This document shows, one piece after another, positions 23,944 through 35,035 of a DNA stretch of 64,000 nt (positions are counted from its first letter, which is position 1; each line of letters begins with the position of its first letter). Source of the DNA: Microthyrium microscopicum (Eukaryota); NCBI GenBank assembly GCA_010405405.1, contig MU004232.1:515481-579480 (forward strand). The letters are read 5' to 3'. The notes beneath the pieces are model-generated. The model was not told the origin of the DNA. It did no database searches and worked only from the letters and a program-made list of their open reading frames with translations. The translations under genes and the position numbers were made by a program.

Positions 23944-24696
23944 CTACTTGCCCAAAGCTTCACGACGGAACGCCTTAGTAGCAGCACATAGCAAGGTGTC
24001 GTGTTTCTGTTCGAAGAACTCGACCAGGTCCCACTTCTTCGAGATTGGAGTGTCCTTACTAGTGAGGACACGAGCGGTTGCGGCAATGGCGTGTTGGTTG
24101 ATGCGGTCCCAATATGGCAAGCCACCCAGAACCTGTCCCAGTTCGTACTCTGAAAGAGCATGTCGATCGATATAGTCCTTTAGGATAACTTCGAATTGGC
24201 AGGAGAAGCGCTTCATGCGCAGCTTCTCAAAGGCTTGGTAGTAGTAGTAGAGCTTCAAGAAGCTGCTACGGGCAGGAATTACAAGCTTTGGCAAACATCG
24301 ACCAGGTGTAGAGGCGATTTCTTGGAACCAAGTCAAAATGTCTCGGATAGCCTCTTCCTTGAAACTCGAGATGGGAAGATACGCTTTGATGTTGGAGTAC
24401 TTGTCGTCGGTGACTTCTTCGATGGGGTACGTAATATCAAGAGCTGGTGCGTAACGTTCAAGTAGTCGAACTGAGAAGTGCTCGATAATTGTTATTTCCA
24501 ACTCGGGGCGATAGTCGGTGGCTGCTTTGGGCAGAACGATGTCGACGCATGGACCTTCAAGAATGTAATAGCGAACGCGATATTGGCTGATTTCGTTGAA
24601 CTTTGGCTCAAGGGTAATGCTCTGGTCGCAGCTAAAACGGGGTGCCCCTTTGGCGAGCACCATCGGGGCGGCTTTGCCTTTAGGAGCAGGGGTCAT
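23944..24696 (-). CDS. Cluster paralog 1: unknown protein with putative degenerate BTB/POZ-like domain, 250 aa
   Basis: Intact intronless ORF sharing EGPCVDIVL / LLERYAP / AIRDILTWF / YYYQAFEKL / ELGQVLGGL / TP-KKW-EFF-KH blocks with neighbouring ORFs. Confidence 0.8.
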   Translation of the reverse strand: MTPAPKGKAAPMVLAKGAPRFSCDQSITLEPKFNEISQYRVRYYILEGPCVDIVLPKAATDYRPELEITIIEHFSVRLLERYAPALDITYPIEEVTDDKYSNIKAYLPISSFKEEAIRDILTWFQEIASTPGRCLPKLVIPARSSFLKLYYYYQAFEKLRMKRFSCQFEVILKDYIDRHALSEYELGQVLGGLPYWDRINQHAIAATARVLTSKDTPISKKWDLVEFFEQKHDTLLCAATKAFRREALGK

Positions 24697-25913
24697 GTTG
24701 CAGGTAACAAATGCGTCGTGGTGGGTTCTTTTCTTATTCTGGAAGGATGTTAGTGGATGCTATAATGGAGCGATAAGGAATATATGTCGTACCAAGTGAG
24801 CAAGAATCGATGGCTCGCAGTAACCACAATATGCGATATTGGAGAAGAAGACAAACTGGAAAGACGGTCCGCAAGATTGGTGGGGGATGGTATATCGTAT
24901 CTCAAAGTTGATGAGTTTGGTATTGACGGGCTGGCAAAGAGGGAGGACGAGGGATGGAAGTTGTAGGAAGAAACAGGAGTTTAGCAGGGAGACTCATTAG
25001 GCTTTATAGTAAGCGAGGAATAGAGCATGGTTGCCGGCAGTGACAAACAAATAGAGGGCGATCCGGAGTGAAATATATATCGAGGTGGAAGTATATCAAT
25101 CAGAAAGGAGACGAGGTGAGCGAAAAGGTACCTCGCGTATAACATGGCCTCGCGGGAGGTGAAGCTAATGTGTAGGATCCTAGGAGGCGGCTAGAGCTAC
25201 CTCTATCGTTGCTTCATTGGGTTTCGTCAATGGAACTATACACAAGGGAAACCTCCGTGAGGTGGTAGACTCTCAAACGGAAGGCCTACAGCGGCACTCT
25301 ATATTACCAGGTAGGTACTCACAACAGTAAATTTCCGGAGGTGAATGAATTGCCGCAAGACCATTCTTGGACGATCATCTCTCTACACGCACGTTTGCGA
25401 TGTCTTCCTCTCCCTTTTGTACAGAGTTGGGACATAAAGAAATGAGAAGGATCCAAAAATGGGGAAGGCCAAGCCAATACTTTAGCCCGATCAGCAACTC
25501 CCAAAGCTCGAGCATTGCAATAGTATGGCGATAGATTTTTAGATTTATCATTGCCTTTTATCGGCAAGTCCACGGTTCAAATACCCTGTAGAGAGGTTCG
25601 GCAAATAGAATATTATAGAACTGCCTGCTTTACATCCATCATCTCAGAGTCGTCACTGTCGTGAGAGAGAAAGTCAAAAGCTAAATTGAGAAAGAAGAGT
25701 GGTAAAGAGTGAGCAGTAAGTTCGTTAGATTGGGCGAACTAAGGATGGAAAGAGGAACAATAATGATCAGATAAGCAATTGCTGAACTTGCGGAACAACC
25801 ACAAAGGCATGAGTTCCAATTCTATACAAGAGCGTCCATCCGCGGTGCCATTGTCCATAACCCACGATCAACTCTGTGCGCTTATGGAATCTAAGGTCTT
25901 GCTTGCTCTCGCG

Positions 25914-26642
25914 CTAAGTGCTCTCCTTCTCTTTCTCCACACGACGAACCTCGCGGATAGCACCATCCAGCAAAGATGGGTGTTTGGTCTCGAAGAATTC
26001 GATAAGCTCCAACTTCTTGGCCTTTGGAGTACGTGTGTCCTTCAGAACTAGAGCAGCTGAGGCAATGACATTCTGATTTAGACGATTCGAGTAGCGCAGA
26101 CCACCAAGTAGTTCTCCCAACTCCTGGACGGTAAGGGCATAGTGCTGCAGATAGCGGTTGAGGACATCCTCGAAGGGACGCGAGAATTGGCGCATAGATA
26201 GGGTCTCAAAGGCTCGGTAGTACTGGAAGAGTTTGAGAAAAGTACCACCGGGAATGGTCCACGATGGTATTGGTGCAGCAGGAGAGTTCGCAATTTGTGC
26301 AAACCAGTAGAGGATGTCTTCAATTGCATTACGATCAAAGCTTCCCGCCGGCAGAGTCAACCTACTTTGAGACGAAGTGACTGCGAAATTGGGCGCATAG
26401 CGCTTCAGCATAGCAATAGGGAACTGCATGATGATTGCACCATCACTTTCTTTAGAGTTATCGCCATCGGCTTTGGCAAGATGGATATCAACAAGGGGAC
26501 CTTTCTGGAAGGATTTTCGAAGATCATGGCGGTGTATATCCTTGAAGAGGGGATTGAGGGTAATGTTTTTCGTAAAGTTGGGAGGTGGTGAACCGACGGC
26601 AAGAACCTGAGGGACGAGCTTGGATGCTGAAGTGGAGGTCAT
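25914..26642 (-). CDS. Cluster paralog 2 (putative BTB-like), 242 aa
   Basis: Intact ORF: KGPLVDIHL, FPIAMLKRYAPNF, LTLPAGSFDRNAIEDILYWF, LFQYYRAFETL, ELGELLGGL, TPKAKKLELIEFF. Confidence 0.82.
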   Translation of the reverse strand: MTSTSASKLVPQVLAVGSPPPNFTKNITLNPLFKDIHRHDLRKSFQKGPLVDIHLAKADGDNSKESDGAIIMQFPIAMLKRYAPNFAVTSSQSRLTLPAGSFDRNAIEDILYWFAQIANSPAAPIPSWTIPGGTFLKLFQYYRAFETLSMRQFSRPFEDVLNRYLQHYALTVQELGELLGGLRYSNRLNQNVIASAALVLKDTRTPKAKKLELIEFFETKHPSLLDGAIREVRRVEKEKEST

Positions 26643-27699
26643 TGTAAATGATGACAGATGTATTGATAAACGAAATTCCCTAGATTCTGAGAAAGCCTTA
26701 GCTAATACTTGAACAGAGTTGTGTGAGGCTATATCTCATACCTATAGGACAACGAGATCGGCTTCGTAGTGCTGACGCTTTGCGATGGTGTACAAGGAGA
26801 CAACGTGCAGAGGAGGAACTCGGATTTGATGTTGCAAGTCGAAAGCTTTGTCAAGAGGATAGTAAGAGTGGGAAGTTAGAGTGATGACGAAGCAGACTTG
26901 TGGCAGATGATGTCTATAGGTTTTATAGTGAGCGCGTACTAGAGCACCGTCACCCAGCAGTGACAGCTTAGCGTAAGAAGATATGGAGTGAAAAGATTAT
27001 GAGGTGGGAAGTGATCAGCCTAGGAAGTACTGGACTCAAAGACTACCTGGCTTAGAACTCGCTCGCTGACGTACAAAGTGCTACCTCGAATAGAAAATTA
27101 CTCTTTGGGGGCGATAAGATGAAACAATAAGGAATTGAAAGACAAGATGCCGGAAAACTCTTGATTCTTGCATAAATGTATTCTCAGTAGTAGTAGATTC
27201 GAGTATACCAACCTTTCGCTCTAAATCCGGACTATCTCTGAATATGATTTCGACTTAGGCTTTTGGAACGGGATGATGGGGTCGGGCAACATGGTGGTAA
27301 TGGAGGCAAGTAGAGTCTTCGTGATAGTGTCGTTTGGCTTCAAGTACCTCAATGTGACAGAGATATTTGGCGATATCGGTTGGAGAAGGATTTCAACATC
27401 CCTCCGAGTTCAGATTGGAAATAACCAATATCGTGGCTGTCAAGAAAGCATGCAGGCGATATGTTGGAACCTGGTCAGAAAATCGTGGATGGTATCTTAC
27501 TTGACTCGTAACACGAACAGTGCCGCTTTAGGCGTGGAGTAGGCGTCTGCGATGGCTGGAGCGTAGTACTGTACTTGAGCATTCAGGCTGGATGTCCTCC
27601 ATAATGGTCATCTCGTATTCGGGGCGGCCGCCCGTGGAGTATAGATCTCCTTTGCGCTTTCGCGGTTGGTTGGCCTCTTCCATGTGCGAGAAACTTCGT

Positions 27700-28100
27700 A
27701 GACCGCGCCACCGTTTGAAGGAACTCGCTGTAAAGTTATGAATGGTAAAAACGTAGTTGTCGATATACATGACCCAGGCGTGCTCGAAGCGGCTCGAAAA
27801 GTGGCGCCTTTTCAACACATTGAACACCTGGTAGTAGTAGACAGTTTCAGGGAACGGCTGCCACCAGAGACAACCAGCTTTGGGAGATAGCGTTCTGGCG
27901 TCGTCGAGCTGGGAGAACCAGACAAGGACATCTTGGATAGCTTGTTGCTAGAAGCTATTAGCTGGAGAATTGAGGTCTGAAATGGAGGTGATAGCACTGA
28001 GACGTGAGGCATAAGGTGAGAGGAGTTGTGCCAGAAGTTTCGATGATAATAAGTTTCGACGAGGGGAAGCATTATATATAGAACGAGGCAGTAGTGGAAC
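27700..28100 (-). pseudogene. Cluster paralog 3, decayed
   Basis: Fragments across three frames: ANSF*QQAIQDVLVWFSQL, TPERYLPKLVVSGGSRSLKL and YYYQVFNVLKRRHFSSRFEHAWVMYIDNY. TATA-like TTTATAG near 28307. Confidence 0.75.
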
Positions 28101-28833
28101 CGATTTCAGGGCAGAGGAAGAAACCATGAGATTGGATGTCTTTGGCATAGAGTAGATGACATATACAACAAGGAGAAAAGTAGATGGCAAAGCTTCTGAG
28201 CGTCTAAGTTCAAGGATCAAAAGATGCCGTAGTCTGGATGAGCTTAAAGTTTTCATCACGTAAGGGTTCTTGAGGAATTTGAGAGAAGTATTCATAGAAA
28301 ACAGTTTATAGGGGGGTTCTAGCATAAAGAACGAAACCTTGTAGGTATGAGTTCAAAGCAGAACAGGCGCTGCTACTCACCGCGAATTCGACTCCAGTAT
28401 TCTGTCTTAATTCTACGAGGCATGCACCCAATCAGCAAGATCTCGGCATGGCGTAGTCGTGAATAGCCTATGTCGTTCGCCACTCATCACGGTAGTCCCA
28501 GATGGCAAAGCCTTTTGATAGTCAGGTACGAGCTTCTGGTATGAATTGTCAAAGTATTAGCTTTCCGTTGTCTTGGTAGTCGTGATAGAACCATAGAGGA
28601 GTGAGTATATCATGAAAAGACTAGATGAGTGGAACAGGATAAGAAATAAACAGTAAGTGCAATGCATTGATCAAGCTAAGGAGAAAGCTACGATCGACAA
28701 TAAGGAAAGAAGTCGGTGAAGCCCACGACTTCTTGATACCAGAGCGGCACCATTCCACAATCCGCTCCTTCCATTTCCATTTATGTGGCCCTCTTCGAGA
28801 AGCCGCCTTCTAACATATGCTTTCCATCCAAGA

Positions 28834-29577
28834 CTAGGGCTTATCTGCACCTTCACGAATGGCACGCTTTCGCTCCTTCTCGACGCGGCGAATGTCACGG
28901 ATGACACCACGTAGTAGAGTTGGATGCTCCTGGTCAAAGAACTTGACGCGATTCCACTTAGCGTCGACAGGTGTCTTCTCGCTAGTCATCACTCGGGTAG
29001 TTGCAGCAAGAATATGCTGGTTGAGAGGGTGAGTATAGCCGAGTCCATTCAGCACTTCTCCAAGCTCGTGAATTTGGAGAGCATGTTTGTTGACGTACCG
29101 ACGTAGAAGCTTTTCGAAAGAGATCGAGAAACGTCGCATGCCCAACATTTCGAACGCTTGGCAGTAATAGAACAAGGTTAGGAAGTCGCTACCAGCTGGG
29201 ACAATCAGCTTAGGTAGGTCTCTACCCGGGGCATTCACAATCTGCGTGAACCAGTCCAGGATGTTCTCGATGGCATATTGGTTGACATAATCAGAGGGAA
29301 GAGTTAGTGTCGACTGGGACAATGTGCCTGGGAAATGAGGCGCGTAGTGCTGGACAAAGCGGAGTGGAAGGTTCTCAGCAACGGTGACTTTGTGCGCTTC
29401 ATGTTTCTCGCTGGCCGAACGAGGTAGGGCGACCTGCACTTCAGAACCTTCTGCGAAGAACTTTCGAAGGTCGCGAGTATGTATCTTTGGGAAGGCCGGA
29501 TCGATGGCAATTTCTGTCGGGTACTTTGGAGCCTCTTGTCCTTTGGTGAGGACTTCGGGAACTTGAGCAGCGGTCAT
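28834..29577 (-). CDS. Cluster paralog 4 (putative BTB-like), 247 aa
   Basis: Intact ORF: EGSEVQVAL, LPLRFVQHYAPHF, LTLPSDYVNQYAIENILDWF, LFYYCQAFEML, ELGEVLNGL, TPVDAKWNRVKFF. Confidence 0.82.
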   Translation of the reverse strand: MTAAQVPEVLTKGQEAPKYPTEIAIDPAFPKIHTRDLRKFFAEGSEVQVALPRSASEKHEAHKVTVAENLPLRFVQHYAPHFPGTLSQSTLTLPSDYVNQYAIENILDWFTQIVNAPGRDLPKLIVPAGSDFLTLFYYCQAFEMLGMRRFSISFEKLLRRYVNKHALQIHELGEVLNGLGYTHPLNQHILAATTRVMTSEKTPVDAKWNRVKFFDQEHPTLLRGVIRDIRRVEKERKRAIREGADKP

Positions 29578-30399
29578 TGTGAGCGTTGTATTGTTTGATT
29601 TCCGATTTCCTAAAGCATGTTAGTCACGATGGCGACAGAGGTGTGAGAGCGTATCTTACCGTTTGGACAACGACCGGATATACCAATGGGCACTACTTGC
29701 GCACTTCGTAGATAGGAGAATGTGAGAAGGCTAGTTTGATATAGCCCGAGAGAAAAATTGGAAGTGTACTTGGTGTGTTATGGAGTTGCAACGATGAAGA
29801 AATTGGCTAATGGAGGGTGTGGGATGGTTGAGGGAGGGAGAAGTGGAAGAAGTTTGGCAGACACTCGAAAGGTTTTATAGTGAGCAAATCCCCCACGAAG
29901 TCCCAAAAAGCTCTAGTGGTTACTGATGGAGGATGGACTTTCGGAGTGACAGCTTTTTTAGAGGTGGAGGCGTATTATCGTTATGGAAAGAGCTGGACTC
30001 AAACACCACCTCGCATATACGACGGCTGGCTCCTCGACAGGTGATCCGCTATGAGCCAGAGCGCCAACGTAGTGAAAAAGCACAGCTTAATCGGCTTCGC
30101 TATGTCACCGCGTTGAACCAGGTCAAGGATCTCTGAAGTGAATAGTTCCTGAGGTAGAAGCAAGTCGACATGAAAGACACTCGACTCGGACACCACCTCA
30201 TGTATAACGTCACGTTTCGGGAGTTGAAAAATTGCCGCAAGATCATTCTTGATTTTCCCAGAGTCGGGAATGTCATGAGATAGCCTTCGAGCTATTGGTG
30301 TTGATTGTCCAGAGGAACATGCTGATGATGCTTGTGCTATAAATGGTGGTCTTGCACATATACTCTTGGCATCTGGTGTCTGGAAGTTTAACTAGAATA

Positions 30400-30770
30400 A
30401 CTCATGATATTGGTTCGAGGAATCGAGCTGGCGATGTACGTGAGCCTGTCAAGAATCTCTCTTGATGCATGCTATTGACTTGATTCGAAGGCGAGCCAGC
30501 TCCAAATCCGCATAGGCACCACTTCGTGGTCGAGCATGGTCAGATAATAATCGCGCCGGATACATATCGATAGCTATCTCGTTGGATGCAGGAAAGCACT
30601 CGTAGGCCGAATGGGGAAGAACGACTTCCACCAGCGGACCTTTCACGAAGTATCTGCGGAGCTTGCTGATATGAAGCCTTTAGTATTGGAGGCAGGGTAA
30701 ATCTGACAAGGAGAGGAAGAATTTCAAAGTCCAAGAATATAGGCAAAAGGTTTTTAGATATATTATTCAA
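30400..30770 (-). pseudogene. Cluster paralog 5, N-terminal remnant
   Basis: KLRRYFVKGPLVEVVLPHSA...YPARLLSDHA, and in another frame HASREILDRLTYIASS, match the family N-terminal blocks. Confidence 0.65.
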
Positions 30771-30827
30771 AGGAAGAGCTTACGGCAGAGCTCTGATTTA
30801 CCGGTAAGGCTACCAACTTAGTAGTTA

Positions 30828-31040
30828 CCTCTGCCTTGCATTCTGTCCTTTCAAAGCGCAAGAATATTTTTATTGAAATGACTCAATGCACCACTCTCAT
30901 TGGTTAAGCCTTAGGGCTTTCGAGCTCTTGGCGAGAAAAAGTCACGTGATTTACCGCTGCAACCAATCAGAGTAGCAGAATTTAGCAAAAAAAAAGAAAA
31001 GTGATCTTGCGCCCTGAAAGGAGAGAATGCAAGGCAGAGG
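30828..31040. mobile_element. MITE / foldback element, 213 bp
   Basis: 36-bp TIRs with 3 mismatches (CCTCTGCCTTGCATTCT(G/C)TCCTTTCA(AA/GG)GCGCAAGA) and TA at 30826-27 and 31041-42. Internal inverted pair ACTCTCATTGGTT / AACCAATCAGAGT. Confidence 0.8.
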
Positions 31041-31329
31041 TAGGTTGGTACCTAATATAAGAAATTATAGAAGAGTGACTTTACGATCAGCAAAATATTT
31101 GTCTAACACATAAAATAATCGTAAGGATTCTGAAAATTGATCAAGTTGAGTGTTTATAAAGGGATTCTATGGTGTATAACTGAATCTCGTACCAAGTGAT
31201 AGCAGATCAGGTGCTGCCGTTCGTCGCTACAGTCCGTCATCCGGTAACACCTCTCCATCCAGCAAGAGAACGGCCGATTTGGCAAGATCTCCGGAGGGCA
31301 TAGTCCTTGATTGCCTGATACATCCGCTC

Positions 31330-32000
31330 GTTGCCACGATATTGCCAGATTGTGAAGCGCATAGTACGGAAAGCCTTGTGCTCTTTCTCGAAGAGCCAAA
31401 ATAAGGCCACAGCTTTCTTCTCAGGAATAGTCTCGTCCGCAATGACTAGTTTGTAGCCTCAAGAGGGTTTTGGACTAGCGGATCGCCGTAAGGGAAAGCG
31501 GCCAGGACCTCGCGCAGCTCTGGAATAGTGAGAGCAAACTTCTCGACGTACTTGTTGATAATGGGTTCGAATTTTACCGCGACGCTTCATCGATAAAATA
31601 CTGAAGACCTGGTAGTAATGGAGGAGCTGAAAAAAAAGTAGCGTTGGTGATGGTGAACTGCGGCAGTGGAGCAGAGATGGTTGCGCAAATGTCCAACAAC
31701 CAGGGAGCAACGTCTCTCAACGCATGCCGCTGGACAGCACCGTTGGCAAGACGATTTTCTGCTGCTCAGGATAGTAGGATGCACCGACGGAGCGCAGTGA
31801 GACAACTCGCTCCAAGAGTTTGAGTGGGAAATTAGACAGAGTCTCGACGGCTCTATTGTGTTGGTTGGGATTGCCAGCTTCGATGACGAAGATAGTCCGT
31901 CACACGAGGATCCTCCAGAATTGAGGCAAGCACGGCAGCATTGTTGATCTATGGGAAGATGGGGTCAGGGGTAAGAGTGTTGGTATAGAGCTGCAGTCCG
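31330..32000 (-). pseudogene. Cluster paralog 6, near full-length but frameshifted
   Basis: Fragments TPDPIFP*IN...ILEDPRV, SNFPLKLLERV, HALRDVAPWLLDI, FQLLHYYQVFSILSM, FEPIINKYVEKFALTIPELREVLAAFPYGDPLV and IPEKKAVALFWLFEKEHKA. Closest to the 32877..33878 copy. Confidence 0.8.
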
Positions 32001-32876
32001 GCCCGGAGCTCAGGGGCAAGTTTGGTGATGAGATTGGAAGCCATTCGGAAAAAAGCTGGTTCAATTTCCAGAGAAAGCTCAACACCTTCTACTGCTGCTC
32101 GCGTTGTTTCTTGACCGCTTTACGGTGCGCCGCTGCAGCCTCCTGCACCGTAATCTGTCGATCAATGACAGCGGCATATGAATGGTCACAATGCATGAGT
32201 GCAAGATCTGGAGTAGTCGGATAGGAATGGAAAGACCAAAAGGAGCTCGTGGTCTGTACCATCTGGGCTTTGGATCATGAGAATATGATTGGATTTGATG
32301 CCATTTCATGATATGAGCATATAAAAAAGTCGTGGGCCAAAGGTCTGGAGCAGTGTGATGGGGAGGGAAGAGATCAGAATCCGCCTACATCATCCGGGTT
32401 CTAAATCGTGACAGTAAGATTGAATTTGAGGTCCTTGCAAGATATCAGCACATATAAATCCCATGGGATGAGACCAAGAGCAAGAAACGAAAAGAGAGGT
32501 TGATGCTAGATCAGCGAACACAACAAGTTATATAAAATCCATAATTCGAAGGGGAGTTTGTTTCTGAGGCCATCGGCAGAGCCAATTTTGATAATAGAGC
32601 TGAAAAATTGATGACTTATGCTAAGGCGAACAAGGAGCTCTTGGTATAGAAAGAAATGAAAAACTTAGGGGAAACTATAGAAAAGCAGTGAACAGGTAAA
32701 GATCTGTATTGAACGAACTACAACTTGAGAAACAATACTGACAGACCGTTTCTCACAGTGGGATATGACACACAAAATCGCATCAAAACGGCCTCTACCG
32801 GCACTTTCTGCACATCACTGGCCACGCTCTGCTCAGTCAATTTCAGCCCCGGCCAGTAGATCATCATGTCTACTGC

Positions 32877-33878
32877 CTAACGTTTGCGACGTGGTGGGCG
32901 TGGGTGTCGAGGGGCCTCCCGCTCTTCCTTGCGGCGACCACCATTTCGCTCACCAGAGCCATGACGAGGTGGACGAGCGTCTCGATCATCTTGATGCTGT
33001 GGTCGAGGGTCCCGTGCTTCTCGACGCTGCCCATTCTGTCCAGCGGCTTGATTGCGTTGCTGCTGGGCCTCGCGCTTCTCACGACGGTAGATATCCTGCT
33101 CCGTGAACTGCCATGCCTTCTCCATCTGGCGATGCGTTCGGATGGCATTGCGCAGCAACGAGTCGTGCTCGTGTTCGAAGAAGGCAATGATACCGTAGCG
33201 CTTTGCCTCTGGAGTGTTCTTGTCCAAGAGCACCATCTTTGTCGCCGAGATGACATGCTTGACCATATCATGCTCATAAGGGAAGGCACGGAGAGTGTCG
33301 CGAATCTCCTTGACCGTAAGCGCGTAGTAGGTGACGTACGCAACCATGATTGGCTCGAATATGGCCGCGAAGTCCGGCATGTACAAGGCCGAGAAGGTGT
33401 GGTAATACCCTAGAAGTTGACTGTAGTTCGTGCCAGCCTCGATTGTCAGCTTGGGTAGCTCCGCTCCGGTGGGTGTGTTGACGATTTCGATCAACCACTC
33501 GGCGATGGCGCCCATGGCGTGCTGGTTGACAGAGTTTAGCGGCAGCACGAGTTTCGATCCGCCATTGTTATTATGATGGGTGTATTGGAGGTCAGGAGCG
33601 ACCTTGTAAAGCATGGCGACTGGAAAATCTGGACAGAGGCTGATGTCTTTGGTAGTGGTGCTGTCTTTGATCGCTGTCTTGTCTCTTTTGTCCAAGACCG
33701 TGAGCATCAGGTCGGCGTGCGGGCCTTCGAGAATAGGGCAGCGGAAGGCGTCGCTGGTGAGTTTGGGCAACACAGGATCGGCAACAGGGTCGAGAATGAT
33801 CTCAACTTCGTAATTGCGAGGCTTGACGTCGAGACTCAGGACCTCTGGAGTCTCCGCGATCTCATGGCGGGAAGACAT
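32877..33878 (-). CDS. Cluster paralog 7 (putative BTB-like) with R/P/Q-rich basic disordered tail, 333 aa
   Basis: ILEGPHADLML, FPVAMLYKVAPDL, LVLPLNSVNQHAMGAIAEWL, LLGYYHTFSAL, TPEAKRYGIIAFFEHEH, then tail RREKREAQQQ...PRHPRPPRRKR. Confidence 0.82.
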   Translation of the reverse strand: MSSRHEIAETPEVLSLDVKPRNYEVEIILDPVADPVLPKLTSDAFRCPILEGPHADLMLTVLDKRDKTAIKDSTTTKDISLCPDFPVAMLYKVAPDLQYTHHNNNGGSKLVLPLNSVNQHAMGAIAEWLIEIVNTPTGAELPKLTIEAGTNYSQLLGYYHTFSALYMPDFAAIFEPIMVAYVTYYALTVKEIRDTLRAFPYEHDMVKHVISATKMVLLDKNTPEAKRYGIIAFFEHEHDSLLRNAIRTHRQMEKAWQFTEQDIYRREKREAQQQRNQAAGQNGQRREARDPRPQHQDDRDARPPRHGSGERNGGRRKEEREAPRHPRPPRRKR

Positions 33879-35035
33879 GACTGCGCTAGGTTTGGCTGTG
33901 GGCGCAGATAGTCTTGGAATGGGTTCGCCAACGAGGCGGTAAGAGCGCTGGTAATGGACCAGTCTTTTGATGTACTCTTGGTGTTGCGGATGATAAGAAT
34001 TGGAGTTCTTGGTGATGTGATGAAGTAGAAGAACTCGGAACGAGAGGTTGGCTGGACTTTAAGGATGATAGGAACCTGAAACAAGCAGGCAGGTACTCAG
34101 TCACTGGACCATGGTCTGGTGAAGGTAAAACTTTTCATGCTAATCTCTGAATGTATCCATTTGACGTACTCGAGGTAGCTTTGAGCCTTTGACGGTCAGA
34201 TCGGCGATAAGGACTGGCCGGTGCCTGCCAAAAGTGTCGCGACCGTGATGAGGTGTTTTCAGAGTCTACCAACACGGAGATACTATCGAGGTGCTGAATC
34301 ACCACCTCGAAAGCGAGACCAGCTGACTTTTACTGTTCCCAATAAGAGGAATCCGGCGGATCACAAATTGCGATGCGAAGAAGAAGATATTGTCGCAGCG
34401 ATTGCTAGAACCGAAGAGAAGCACACAACGGCGCGAGAAAACGCTGACCCTTTATCGTCAAATCTGCTGCGGCAGAACGGTATTACCACAGACATAAGGA
34501 CGAGTTCGCCCCCAAAGCCGAAAGTGACATAATCGAGCTCTCCCTGGGAGGCATGAAGTCAAGGGACAACAAAAGGGGTTGAAAGTGATAAGGATCAGAA
34601 GAAAGATTACTGGCGAGATACTACGGACTGACATTGAGTTGATAGCCTGGCTTTGGGTCTATAAGGTTTCAAGAGTGATTGAAGGTAGCAAGGTATTTGA
34701 TGACAAGACTATCATGAACCTTTCTATGAACTTTGCGTGAAGACATCAAGATTGATATCAAGGCAACAAGAAAATGCTTGTTGTATTTCTTTAGCGACGA
34801 CAGCTGATACAGCTTTTGAAACAGAGAAGATGCTTGTTGTCCTTTTGGAATTTGATAGCATTGAACAAGGAGCAATGAAAGAAGTTCAAGGAAGAAGAAC
34901 ATTGAGCACATCACTCAGTGGATAACAATCATAATGTTTAGTAGAGAGATATGGAACAAACATTACATTAGCAATTTACTACCTTTCCCATGATCAAACA
35001 CAAGACCTTTTGAAACGCCAACAAACATGACTGCC

